A stretch of 64,000 nucleotides of DNA from Opitutales bacterium (GCA_007280935.1 QYQK01000012.1:1022-65021); one strand, 5' to 3'; positions 30,643-38,590 are shown, counted from the stretch's first letter. A program made the numbers and translations. The notes: generated by a model from the letters alone, not told the origin.

Positions 30643-30822
30643 TTATGCGCTGGCGTCGAGGACCTGGCGACCACGGTACTTGCCCGTGGTGGGGTCAACG
30701 CGATGCGAGCGACGAAGCGCACCGGATTCGGTGTCGCGAACGAGCTTAGGAGCACGGAATTGGTTAGCGCCCCGACGAAGACGGCTGCGGCGTTTGGACT
30801 GTTTGCGTTTCGGGTTGGCCAT
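30643..30822 (-). CDS. rpmF: 50S ribosomal protein L32 (Cys-free type), 59 aa
   Basis: Translated by hand: MANPKRKQSKRRSRLRRGANQFRAPKLVRDTESGALRRSHRVDPTTGKYRGRQVLDASA. Canonical position upstream of plsX. Below the ORF-track cutoff. Confidence 0.93.
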   Translation of the reverse strand: MANPKRKQSKRRSRLRRGANQFRAPKLVRDTESGALRRSHRVDPTTGKYRGRQVLDASA

Positions 30823-30833
30823 GGTTCTACGCT

Positions 30834-30874
30834 GGGTTGAGGGTTGGTTCTACCCCTCAACCCCCTTCGGTCAA
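30834..30874 (-). promoter_or_regulatory. rpmF promoter overlapped by a 10-bp inverted repeat
   Basis: Minus strand reads TTGACC-16nt-TAGAAC. The inverted repeat is GGGTTGAGGG (30834-30843) / CCCTCAACCC (30854-30863). Confidence 0.5.
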
Positions 30875-30926
30875 GCCCCCTTTCCATTCCCTTGCTCTTA
30901 GTTGTCACTTTCTTTGGATTAAGCCC

Positions 30927-31478
30927 ATGTCCGGTCACCCTGCCTTATTTCTTGATCGCGATGGGAATCTGATTCGAGACCATCACCATACCTGCCGGGA
31001 GGATCAAATTGAGCTGATAATAGGGGTAAAGGAAGCCTTGGAGGCCTGCCTGCGGGCTGACTACCGTTTATTCATTCTCACCAATCAGAGCGGAATTAAT
31101 CGAGGATTTTTTACCTGGGAGGCTTACGAGGCCTGTAATCGCAAGATGCTGGAACTACTAAATTTGCCCGCCCCAGGCATTTTGGAAATCAAAGCCGCAC
31201 CCGAACGCCCCGATGAGCCCTCCCTTTATCGCAAGCCCAGTCCGAGATTTATTCAGGAAATGGCCGCAAAGCATTCCTTGGATCTCGGTAGATCGTGGAT
31301 GATTGGCGACCGGCGCTCGGATTGGGAGGCCGGAATCAACGCTTCGATCAACGCTTGTGCGGTGCGTAGTGGAAAGCCGCTGGAGGCAGCGGACGAGGCT
31401 TTTGCGCACACGAACGGGGTGGTTGTCCGCGCGGATTTCCCCGATTTTGTGCGACAGGAATTACTCCTCCGATTTTGA
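30927..31478 (+). CDS. gmhB: HAD-IIIA phosphatase, GmhB (heptose bisphosphate phosphatase)-like
   Basis: Motifs LFLDRDGN, TNQSGI, RKPSP and WMIGDRRSD. Confidence 0.8.
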   Translation: MSGHPALFLDRDGNLIRDHHHTCREDQIELIIGVKEALEACLRADYRLFILTNQSGINRGFFTWEAYEACNRKMLELLNLPAPGILEIKAAPERPDEPSLYRKPSPRFIQEMAAKHSLDLGRSWMIGDRRSDWEAGINASINACAVRSGKPLEAADEAFAHTNGVVVRADFPDFVRQELLLRF

Positions 31479-31484
31479 AACGGC

Positions 31485-31519
31485 ACAAAAAAGGACTCAC
31501 GGTGAGGTGAGTCCTTGTT
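31485..31519. terminator. Rho-independent terminator between convergent genes
   Basis: Perfect 10-bp stem AAGGACTCAC-ggtgag-GTGAGTCCTT preceded by an A-run. Confidence 0.8.
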
Positions 31520-31543
31520 GCGAAGTCCGATTAAAGACCGGGC

Positions 31544-31852
31544 TTAGGCCTTAGGCTTTTCGTCGGGGCAATTTGGGCACTTCTTTTCGCCGTCCTTCTT
31601 TTCTTCTTGGGTGGCAGGCGCTGCCGGAGCTGCAGGCGCGGTAGCCGGAGCCGCTGGGGCATCCTTTTTTTCGCACTTACCGCAATGGGCGATGACGCCG
31701 AACTGCTCGATGGAAGCCTTAGGCTTTTCGTCGGGGCAATTTGGGCACTTCTTTTCACCGTCTTTTTTGACTTCGTCGGCACTGACGACAGCGACAGAGA
31801 GGGCGAGGGCGCCGCAGCTGATGGTGAGGAATTTGAGGAACTTGGATTTCAT
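31544..31852 (-). CDS. Small secreted Cys-rich low-complexity protein (102 aa, 3 CxxC motifs)
   Basis: Signal peptide MKSKFLKFLTISCGALALSVAVVSA, KKDGEKKCPNCPDEKPKA twice, and HCGKC. Has its own promoter and terminator. Confidence 0.8.
   Translation of the reverse strand: MKSKFLKFLTISCGALALSVAVVSADEVKKDGEKKCPNCPDEKPKASIEQFGVIAHCGKCEKKDAPAAPATAPAAPAAPATQEEKKDGEKKCPNCPDEKPKA
31548..31756. repeat. 41-bp exact direct repeat (31548-31588 and 31716-31756)
   Basis: gccttaggcttttcgtcggggcaatttgggcacttcttttc occurs twice, offset by 168 bp (56 codons). It extends further with synonymous changes only. Confidence 0.95.
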
Positions 31853-31859
31853 AGGTGAG

Positions 31860-31894
31860 AATTCATAAGATGATTCATTCCGCCCCGCTGTCAA
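31860..31894 (-). promoter_or_regulatory. Promoter of the Cys-rich protein gene
   Basis: Minus strand reads TTGACA-16nt-CATCTT, with the -10 flanked by two ATGAAT copies. Confidence 0.55.
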
Positions 31895-31927
31895 CTCGCC
31901 CGACGCCTTTACCCGTTACGTTTACCT

Positions 31928-32719
31928 TTAATTAAGGTTAAGTTTCCGCAACTCCGGGAGGGTGTCGACTAAACCGCTACCTGGTAGCCAGCGGCTGCCC
32001 GCCGAAGTTTCAAAAACCTTACCGGTTTCAACGCATTTAAGTTTATTAACGACAGGGATTTGCAGCATCTCATTTCGCTGGCGTTGGGCCGCGATGATTG
32101 GCCGGTCGGCGGCGGCATTATCAATCCAAAGAACGGCATCCGGTTGGGCTTGGACGATCATTTCCCAGTCGAATTTTAACCAGGTCCCTGTCGGTAAGGC
32201 TGACTTAAATCCTCCGACGGCCAAGATGCTGGAGAGATAGGAGTCCGGCCCGGCCATCACGCCGTCCCAAATAATAATAATCGTTTTAGGCGGGACCTTT
32301 GCGCCGGCCTTCATTTGGCGAGAGAGTTTCTCGGCGGTCGTGGTTTGATGGAGTGCCACGCCAATGGCATCGATATCTTGGACGACCGAAGCCGGACTCT
32401 CGGCATTAAGTATCAAGGTCGTAAGCCCGGCGGAACGGCATTTCTCCGCCCAGAGCGGATTAGCCATGCGTGGCAAGATAACCAAAGTCGGTCGCAGTTT
32501 CTGTAACGCTTCCAGGTCGGGCAGGAAAATATCGCAACTTCGTTGGGCGGGATGGGCGGTTGGCAGCGGACACCAGCGTGTCGCGGCCACGATTTGATCG
32601 CCGCTTCCGAGGTCGATGATGGTCTTGGTCGCTCCGGGGCTGAAACTTGCGATACGCATTTCTGCGGCGGGTGCCAAAATAGCCAGACCCCATCCGATAA
32701 TAAAAATCAAAACCCGCAT
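31928..32719 (-). CDS. Helical-backbone ABC substrate-binding protein (BtuF/siderophore-binding family)
   Basis: Signal peptide, RIASFSPGATKTIIDLG, PDLEALQKLRPTLVI and EMIVQAQPDAV. Confidence 0.75.
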   Translation of the reverse strand: MRVLIFIIGWGLAILAPAAEMRIASFSPGATKTIIDLGSGDQIVAATRWCPLPTAHPAQRSCDIFLPDLEALQKLRPTLVILPRMANPLWAEKCRSAGLTTLILNAESPASVVQDIDAIGVALHQTTTAEKLSRQMKAGAKVPPKTIIIIWDGVMAGPDSYLSSILAVGGFKSALPTGTWLKFDWEMIVQAQPDAVLWIDNAAADRPIIAAQRQRNEMLQIPVVNKLKCVETGKVFETSAGSRWLPGSGLVDTLPELRKLNLN

Positions 32720-33623
32720 CAGGCCGAAAGAACTTGGGCGAGACGGATGGCCGAGGCGAGGCTTCCGACGTCAGCCAAATTGCGCCCGGCAATTTCATAG
32801 GCCGTACCGTGATCCGGGCTTGTGCGGATGAAGGGCAGGCCGAGCGTCAGGTTTGCGGCACTTGCGAAATCGACCGTCTTTAGCGGGGCCAAGCCTTGAT
32901 CGTGATACATCGCGACGACCGCATCGAATTCGCCTTCAAGGTGGCGGTGAAAGACCGTGTCGCCAGGAAGGGGGCCGCTGACCTTATTCCCTTCGGCGCC
33001 AAGCTGTTTAATGACGGGACGAATGAGGTCATCGTCTTCGGTTCCGAGTAAGCCCCCTTCGCCGGCATGCGGATTAAGTCCGCAGACGGCGATGCGCGGT
33101 TGGTTGTCGCCCATTTTTTTGCGCAGATCAATCAGCGCAAGGATGGTCCGCCGAATGGCTGCGGGCGTAGTCGCGCCAGCGACGGAACGGAGTGGCAGAT
33201 GCCAGGTAACCAAACCGACCGTCATTCGTCCGCCAGCAAAGGCCATGACGGGTTCACCTGCCAGCGGGCTGCAAAAAATTCGGTTTGGCCGGGAAAGGGA
33301 TAGCCCACCTCGGAAAAACCTTTCTTATTGATTGGGCCAGAAACAACGCCACCAAACCGGCCTTCCGTAGCCCCCTTGGCGGCGGCTTCCATCGCTGCGA
33401 GTGCCAGGCGATGACCTTCGGGCGTAGGTTTCCCTGGGATGATACTAAAATGATCAGCACCGACGACGATGCCACTGATACCAAGTTGTTCGATCCATTC
33501 CGCCGGGCCGATGGGTACGATACCTTTTGCCTCCTCGGGGTGGCTCCTTAGCCATTTTGTGATGAGTTCAGGGCCGACGCCCGCGGGGTCTCCGCAAGTG
33601 ATCGCTAGCGGTTTTTTATTCAT
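32719..33623 (-). pseudogene. pdxA: 4-hydroxythreonine-4-phosphate dehydrogenase PdxA, split by a 1-nt deletion near 33260-33262
   Basis: N-terminal half has ITCGDPAGVGPE...PINK...GQTEFF. C-terminal half has LNPHAGE, MYHDQGL and RTSPDHGTA in another frame. Could be a sequencing error. Confidence 0.85.
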
Positions 33624-34399
33624 ACGGGTGAGGCGAATCGTCCGCGTTTGCCGCCGAGGAAGAAGTGCAAGAAAGCCAAAGCTTCGGGCGTTTGATACTC
33701 TCCGCTGTCGATGGCCAGTTGCGCTTGGGTGGTGCAGGTGGTCCCTGGCGAATAAACCTGATGATAGGCCCGTTTAAGCTCCGTGATGCTGGCGGCGCTG
33801 ATGGCTCGGCGGCGCAGGCCAATTAAATTTAACCCCGCAAGTTCGTTCCGACCATGAGCGAGAACCTGAGGGGGAACGTCTTCGGTGATCACGGCATTCC
33901 CGGAAGTGAGCGAGCCGGGTCCGATTCGGCAGAATTGGTGCACGGCCACGCCGCCACTGATGAAAGCGCCGTCGCCGACTTGGACGTGTCCACCGAGCAT
34001 GCAGCCATTGGCGAGGATCACCGCTTTGCCTAAGCTGCAGTCATGGGCGACGTGACTTCCGGCCATGAGGAATCCGTCTGGGCCGATGATAGTGGCTTGG
34101 TCGGCTTGGGTTGCGCGGTGGATGGTGACATGCTCACGGATTACGGTGCGTGCCCCGACTTCAACGCGGGAAATGATTTGCGAATCAAAAGCGAGATCCT
34201 GCGGGTCCCCGCCGACGATCGCAAAATGATCTACCTTTACTCCGTCGCCCAATACCGTGCCGGGTTTAATGATGGCATGCGCGGAGATGGAGCAGCCTTG
34301 GCCGAGTCGGACACCAGCCTCGATGATGGCAAAAGGGCCGATGGTGACCCCTGTCGCAAGCACGGCCGAAGGGTCGATTTGGGCGGAGGGGTGAATCAC
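33620..34399 (-). CDS. lpxA: Acyl-ACP--UDP-N-acetylglucosamine O-acyltransferase
   Basis: Hexapeptide repeats, GGDPQDL, IREHVTIHR, HVAHDC, VHQFCRIG and GLNLIGLRR. Confidence 0.93.
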   Translation of the reverse strand: MIHPSAQIDPSAVLATGVTIGPFAIIEAGVRLGQGCSISAHAIIKPGTVLGDGVKVDHFAIVGGDPQDLAFDSQIISRVEVGARTVIREHVTIHRATQADQATIIGPDGFLMAGSHVAHDCSLGKAVILANGCMLGGHVQVGDGAFISGGVAVHQFCRIGPGSLTSGNAVITEDVPPQVLAHGRNELAGLNLIGLRRRAISAASITELKRAYHQVYSPGTTCTTQAQLAIDSGEYQTPEALAFLHFFLGGKRGRFASPV

Positions 34400-35007
34400 T
34401 TGGCGGGCGGGTTGGTGCCGAATAATTCCAGTTGGGCGGCTTTCACCATATCGTAGAGCCGCAGAAGCCGAAGCAACTGTAACGTGTCCGATTTCGCGTA
34501 ACTTTGATTCGATTCCACGGCTTGAACCAAATTTTCCAGGATAGTTCGAAACGTTAGGACGTGGTCCACGCCGCTTTCCCGAAGTAGGGTGATGCTTTCG
34601 GAGCGTTGAGGCTCTTGGGCGGGGATGCCCGGCAGGATGAGAATTTTGGATAACGATTGGCCTTCGCGTGGCGTTAGGTCGGCAAAGGCATCGCGGGCGG
34701 CTTCCACGGCCTCTTTGCGGACGAACTCCAGTAGATCGCCCTTTTTGATCATCGAAGGCGTGATGGTCTTGGTGGAGTGCCAGGCCTTCACGGCCACAAC
34801 CGCGGTGGTAAGACCGGCTAGGTCGGAGCTAAAAAGCTGAAAAGGCAGTTCGGCGCCGCGACGCGGGGTGGGGTTGATGACCAAAAGGTCGCCTTCCTCA
34901 TCGGCTCGCTTCCGCCTAGACTGCACAGCGTATTTGCGAGACTGGCGCACAAAAAAGCCATTCATCTCGAAATATTCGCGGACCAGACTGTCGTCGAAAC
35001 CCGCCAT
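34396..35007 (-). CDS. Hypothetical protein, possible PD-(D/E)XK nuclease-like fold
   Basis: LVREYFEMNGFFV...EGDLLV...VAVKAWH pattern. Overlaps the lpxA start. Confidence 0.6.
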   Translation of the reverse strand: MAGFDDSLVREYFEMNGFFVRQSRKYAVQSRRKRADEEGDLLVINPTPRRGAELPFQLFSSDLAGLTTAVVAVKAWHSTKTITPSMIKKGDLLEFVRKEAVEAARDAFADLTPREGQSLSKILILPGIPAQEPQRSESITLLRESGVDHVLTFRTILENLVQAVESNQSYAKSDTLQLLRLLRLYDMVKAAQLELFGTNPPAK

Positions 35008-35057
35008 TATTAATAAGGATGCAGGCGAAGGGGATGATTGGTCAACCCGCGATACGC

Positions 35058-35786
35058 TCAAAGCCCAAACTCTGCCGGTGCGATAGCCACGGTAAACTCA
35101 CCTTTAAGTGAGCCGGCTTTGAGGGCGGGCACTAGCTCGCGGAGCGGGGCGGTGCGAATCGTTTCATGGAGCTTGGTGAGCTCGCGTCCGACACAGACGA
35201 CGCGGTCGGCACCGAGGACTTCCAGCATCTCGTCAAGAAAGTCGCTGATGCGGTGGCAGGATTCGTGGAGCACCACGGTTTCGTCTGCAGTTTTGATCGA
35301 CTCAAGAAACCGCATGCGGGCGGCAGATTTAGGGGGCAGGAAGCCGATGAAACGGAAGGCGTTGGTCGGTAAGCCTGATGCGGACAGGAGCGCGATGATG
35401 GCGCAAGGGCCAGGCAGTGGGGTGACGGTCAGACCTCGCTTCCGGCACTCGCGCGTCACGCGAAAGCCCGGATCACTAATACCAGGAGTTCCGGCGTCGG
35501 TGATCAATGCGATGTTGGCTCCCCCTGCGATTTTATCGGCGATTTGGACTGCCACTTCTTTTTCATTATGCTCGTGGTAAGCCAGCATGGGCTTCGAAAT
35601 GGATAGGTGTCGGAGAAGACCGCCCGTCACGCGGGTGTCTTCGCAGGCCACCAAATCGCAGGTGGCGATGGCTTCCTTAGCTCGAAGCGTGATGTCTCCG
35701 AGGTTGCCAAGCGGGGTGGCTACGACCCAGAGTCTGCCAGACGAGCCAGGGGGATTTCCTCTGACGCCTGCAGTCTTTTCAGGCAT
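35058..35786 (-). CDS. rsmI: 16S rRNA (cytidine1402-2'-O)-methyltransferase
   Basis: Motifs VATPLGNLGDITLRA, CEDTR, DAGTPGISDPG and RELTKLHE. Confidence 0.95.
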   Translation of the reverse strand: MPEKTAGVRGNPPGSSGRLWVVATPLGNLGDITLRAKEAIATCDLVACEDTRVTGGLLRHLSISKPMLAYHEHNEKEVAVQIADKIAGGANIALITDAGTPGISDPGFRVTRECRKRGLTVTPLPGPCAIIALLSASGLPTNAFRFIGFLPPKSAARMRFLESIKTADETVVLHESCHRISDFLDEMLEVLGADRVVCVGRELTKLHETIRTAPLRELVPALKAGSLKGEFTVAIAPAEFGL

Positions 35787-35953
35787 TAGCGGTAACCTGA
35801 CCCTGGCGTGTTCATTCCCGGAAGTCCGCCTTGCCAACTCGCTGGCTGAGACTGCGGGAGCATTGAATCGGACGGCTTCTCGGTGGTCTCACACCCGCTG
35901 AGGCCAATCACGGCCGTCAGTATCGCAAGAAGAGTTAGAAGCCGAACGGTCAT
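35786..35953 (-). CDS. Small lipoprotein, 55 aa
   Basis: Translated by hand: MTVRLLTLLAILTAVIGLSG-CETTEKPSDSMLPQSQPASWQGGLPGMNTPGSGYR. TAATG stop/start overlaps at both ends. Confidence 0.85.
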   Translation of the reverse strand: MTVRLLTLLAILTAVIGLSGCETTEKPSDSMLPQSQPASWQGGLPGMNTPGSGYR

Positions 35954-36879
35954 TAGTTGCTGGCGAGTTTACCTGCACCAGAGACCAATTTAACGGTGAC
36001 ACCGGTGGAGATGTCTCTAAGCAAATCAGCCCCGGGCAGGATTTGCGCATAGGTGACGCCCGTCTTGACGGACAGCACGCTCACGGCACCGATTTTCTTT
36101 CCATCCAGATAGACTTCGAAGCGACTTTCGGGTTTCACGCCGTTGATATCTCCGACGGAGAAGGCGATATGTCCCGTGGAGTGGTCGAGTGCGATGATTT
36201 TGGTTAGGATACCTTCGTCGCTCGTGGCGCTACCTCCGGCGACCACCGTTTCGGGCGCAGCCTCATTCAGGGGGTCGCGAGGGAAGGGTGGGCGAGTTTC
36301 ACTCCGTCCGGCCGCCCAACCGTAGAGTTGGACGTATTTTTGAACGATGCGGTCGCGGGTTTCTTCAGCTTTGGTGGCCTTGGTGGCGTTTTCTTCCATC
36401 TGCTCTTTGGTGAACAGGCCAGCGACTTTTTCTTTCTCCTTCACGAGTTCTTCCTTGGCGGAACTGAGTTCGGCGACCGCGGAATCCTTCTTGCTGTTAG
36501 CCTCGGTCAGTTGGCCAGTAATTTCGTCGCGCTTCCGGGTGAGTTCGGCCCGTTCGCCTTCCAGAGTGGTGACATTAGCCGTCAGGCCTTCGATCTTGGT
36601 CTTTTTATCGGCCACATCGGCTTGCAGGTCTTTGACGTTTCCTTCGAGGCCTTCGGACTTCTTCCGTTGGCCATTAACGATGTTTTGCAAGGGGGCTCCC
36701 AGGTGAGCCATGCGTAAAGAGTAATCCGCGGGGGCTTTGATTTCGGGGTCGAGCGTCGTCCAGGCCGTGCTCGCGGTCGCAGCGGTGATTTTACCTTTCA
36801 GGGAAAAGGCGAAGAAGAGGGCGGCACCGGCAGCAGCGAAGCCGATGATGCGAATGAAAGTGTTGAGCTTTTTATTCAT
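35953..36879 (-). CDS. Membrane-anchored coiled-coil protein with a C-terminal beta domain
   Basis: N-terminal transmembrane helix, a long heptad-rich segment, and a beta-rich C-terminus. Confidence 0.7.
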   Translation of the reverse strand: MNKKLNTFIRIIGFAAAGAALFFAFSLKGKITAATASTAWTTLDPEIKAPADYSLRMAHLGAPLQNIVNGQRKKSEGLEGNVKDLQADVADKKTKIEGLTANVTTLEGERAELTRKRDEITGQLTEANSKKDSAVAELSSAKEELVKEKEKVAGLFTKEQMEENATKATKAEETRDRIVQKYVQLYGWAAGRSETRPPFPRDPLNEAAPETVVAGGSATSDEGILTKIIALDHSTGHIAFSVGDINGVKPESRFEVYLDGKKIGAVSVLSVKTGVTYAQILPGADLLRDISTGVTVKLVSGAGKLASN

Positions 36880-36910
36880 GGGGGAGGGGAAGTTGGGGTA
36901 AGAGAATTAA

Positions 36911-38488
36911 TTAAGAATGACGAAAAAGGGTCAGGCTTGGATCAGGGTTTTCTTGTTTTGATACAGACCCGGGGTTGGCCGAAATATGCAGGAGTACTTT
37001 GAACACCAGTTCCTCCGACCCGACAAGTCCAATTTCCTTGCAGAGGGCCTCGGTGGAAACCCATTTCCCCTTAGTTTTTTCGAGTCCGGCGAGCGCCTGG
37101 GCTCTAACCTTAAGCGTATCGGCGGCGGCCTTCTTGCCGGCTTCGACCCCAGGCTGGTGGTAGGCGTTGATGCCCAACAGGCTAGCGTAGAGTCCGACGG
37201 CACGTTCGAAGAGAGCGATGAGCATTCCCACGGTTTTGGCATCCACTTGCTCAATTGTGAGCGTAATGCTCGGCCGTCCGTTGCCGGAAAGGGCTTCGCG
37301 CGTTCCAAGGAAGAAGGCCTGAAGGTAATCGCCGGAAGAAACACCGACTTCGACTTCGACGCTTGGACCGTCTCGATCCTTGAGCACCTCGATAAAGACA
37401 GCAAAAAAGTTATTCACACCGTCACGCAATTGTTGCACATAGGCGTGCTGGTCAGTGGACCCTTTGTTGCCGTAGACCGTGAGTCCTTGGCTCACCTTCC
37501 GGCCATGTAAGTCCAAATCCTTGCCGATCGATTCCATCACGAGTTGCTGCAAGTAGCGGGAGAAAAGCACGAGACGGTCTTTGTACGGCAAGACTACCAT
37601 GGCTTTGCTGCCGCGTCCTTCGGTGAGATGGTGCCAGGCGAGGGCTAATTGTGCCGCGGGATTTTTGCTCGCAACGGGGATGCGGGTGAGGCCGTCCATG
37701 GTGCGGGCTCCTTCGATGAGCGATTTGATATCTATGCCTTGAAGGGCTGCGGGCAAAAGCCCGACCGGACCTATCTCACTGGTGCGCCCGCCCACCCAAT
37801 CCCACATGGGGAAGCGTGCCAGCCAGCCGTCTTTGAGTGCGACTTGGTCGAGCTGACTGCCGTCTCCGGTTACCGCCACCGCATGACGCGCAAAGGATAA
37901 TCCGGCTTGCTTCCAGCGCAGCGCGGCTTCGATTTGGCCGTTACGGGGTTCAGGGGTGCTGCCCGACTTTGAAGTGACGATGACCAAGGTCGTGCCCAGG
38001 CGATTTCCCAGGCCGTCAATCACCCGGTCGATGCCGTCAGGGTCGGTGTTATCGATGAAATGGACGCAAAGTTTATCGGTTTTTTTTCCTAAAGCATCCG
38101 CGACGAACTGAGGGCCGAGCGCGGAGCCACCAATACCGACGCAAAGAAGATCTGTGAAACTGCCGTGAGCACCTTGAATTTGACCGGCGTGGATTTTCTG
38201 CGCGAACGCCATGATGTCGGCGATGGCCTCGGTGATGGCGGTGCTGATTGCAGGAGTGGGCGAAAGTTCGGGCGTGCGTATCCAGTAATGCCCGACCCTG
38301 CGTTTTTCGTCAGGATTTGCGATTGCACCCTTCTCGAGGGCGTCCATGTCGGTGAAGGCTTGGGCCAGCGCGGCGGCCATTTTATTTTCGAAGTCAACGG
38401 GTGCCGGAGCACGACTGAAATCGATGGCGAAGCCATGCTGTGGGAAGTTTAATAAATGCTTCCGGAACTGGTTGAAGGAATTATTCAC
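36911..38488 (-). CDS. pgi: Glucose-6-phosphate isomerase
   Basis: Motifs GIGGSALGP, SKSGSTPE, VGGRTS, QQLVMESIGK and QPGVEAGK. The GTG start is inferred. Confidence 0.96.
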   Translation of the reverse strand: MNNSFNQFRKHLLNFPQHGFAIDFSRAPAPVDFENKMAAALAQAFTDMDALEKGAIANPDEKRRVGHYWIRTPELSPTPAISTAITEAIADIMAFAQKIHAGQIQGAHGSFTDLLCVGIGGSALGPQFVADALGKKTDKLCVHFIDNTDPDGIDRVIDGLGNRLGTTLVIVTSKSGSTPEPRNGQIEAALRWKQAGLSFARHAVAVTGDGSQLDQVALKDGWLARFPMWDWVGGRTSEIGPVGLLPAALQGIDIKSLIEGARTMDGLTRIPVASKNPAAQLALAWHHLTEGRGSKAMVVLPYKDRLVLFSRYLQQLVMESIGKDLDLHGRKVSQGLTVYGNKGSTDQHAYVQQLRDGVNNFFAVFIEVLKDRDGPSVEVEVGVSSGDYLQAFFLGTREALSGNGRPSITLTIEQVDAKTVGMLIALFERAVGLYASLLGINAYHQPGVEAGKKAAADTLKVRAQALAGLEKTKGKWVSTEALCKEIGLVGSEELVFKVLLHISANPGSVSKQENPDPSLTLFRHS

Positions 38489-38549
38489 GGGAGAATATCT
38501 TCTCACTTTGGGACCTGATTGGCAACCTTGGAAGGGTGCTTAAAGGGCA

Positions 38550-38590
38550 TAAATAAGCAAGGGGAGGGCCAGTCTCGGCCTTCCCCTTGC
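38550..38590 (-). terminator. Rho-independent terminator after ilvD
   Basis: GCAAGGGGAgGGCC-agtctc-GGCCTTCCCCTTGC hairpin followed by TTATTT on the minus strand. Confidence 0.75.

Noticed and set aside
31548..31756. 41-bp direct repeat considered as CRISPR or a mobile-element end
   Set aside because: There are only two copies, in frame within a CDS, and no cas or transposase gene.
35790..35950. Gap upstream of rsmI considered as a possible ncRNA (SRP-like)
   Set aside because: No SRP loop motif was found, and the gap is filled exactly by a 55-aa lipoprotein ORF with overlaps at both ends.
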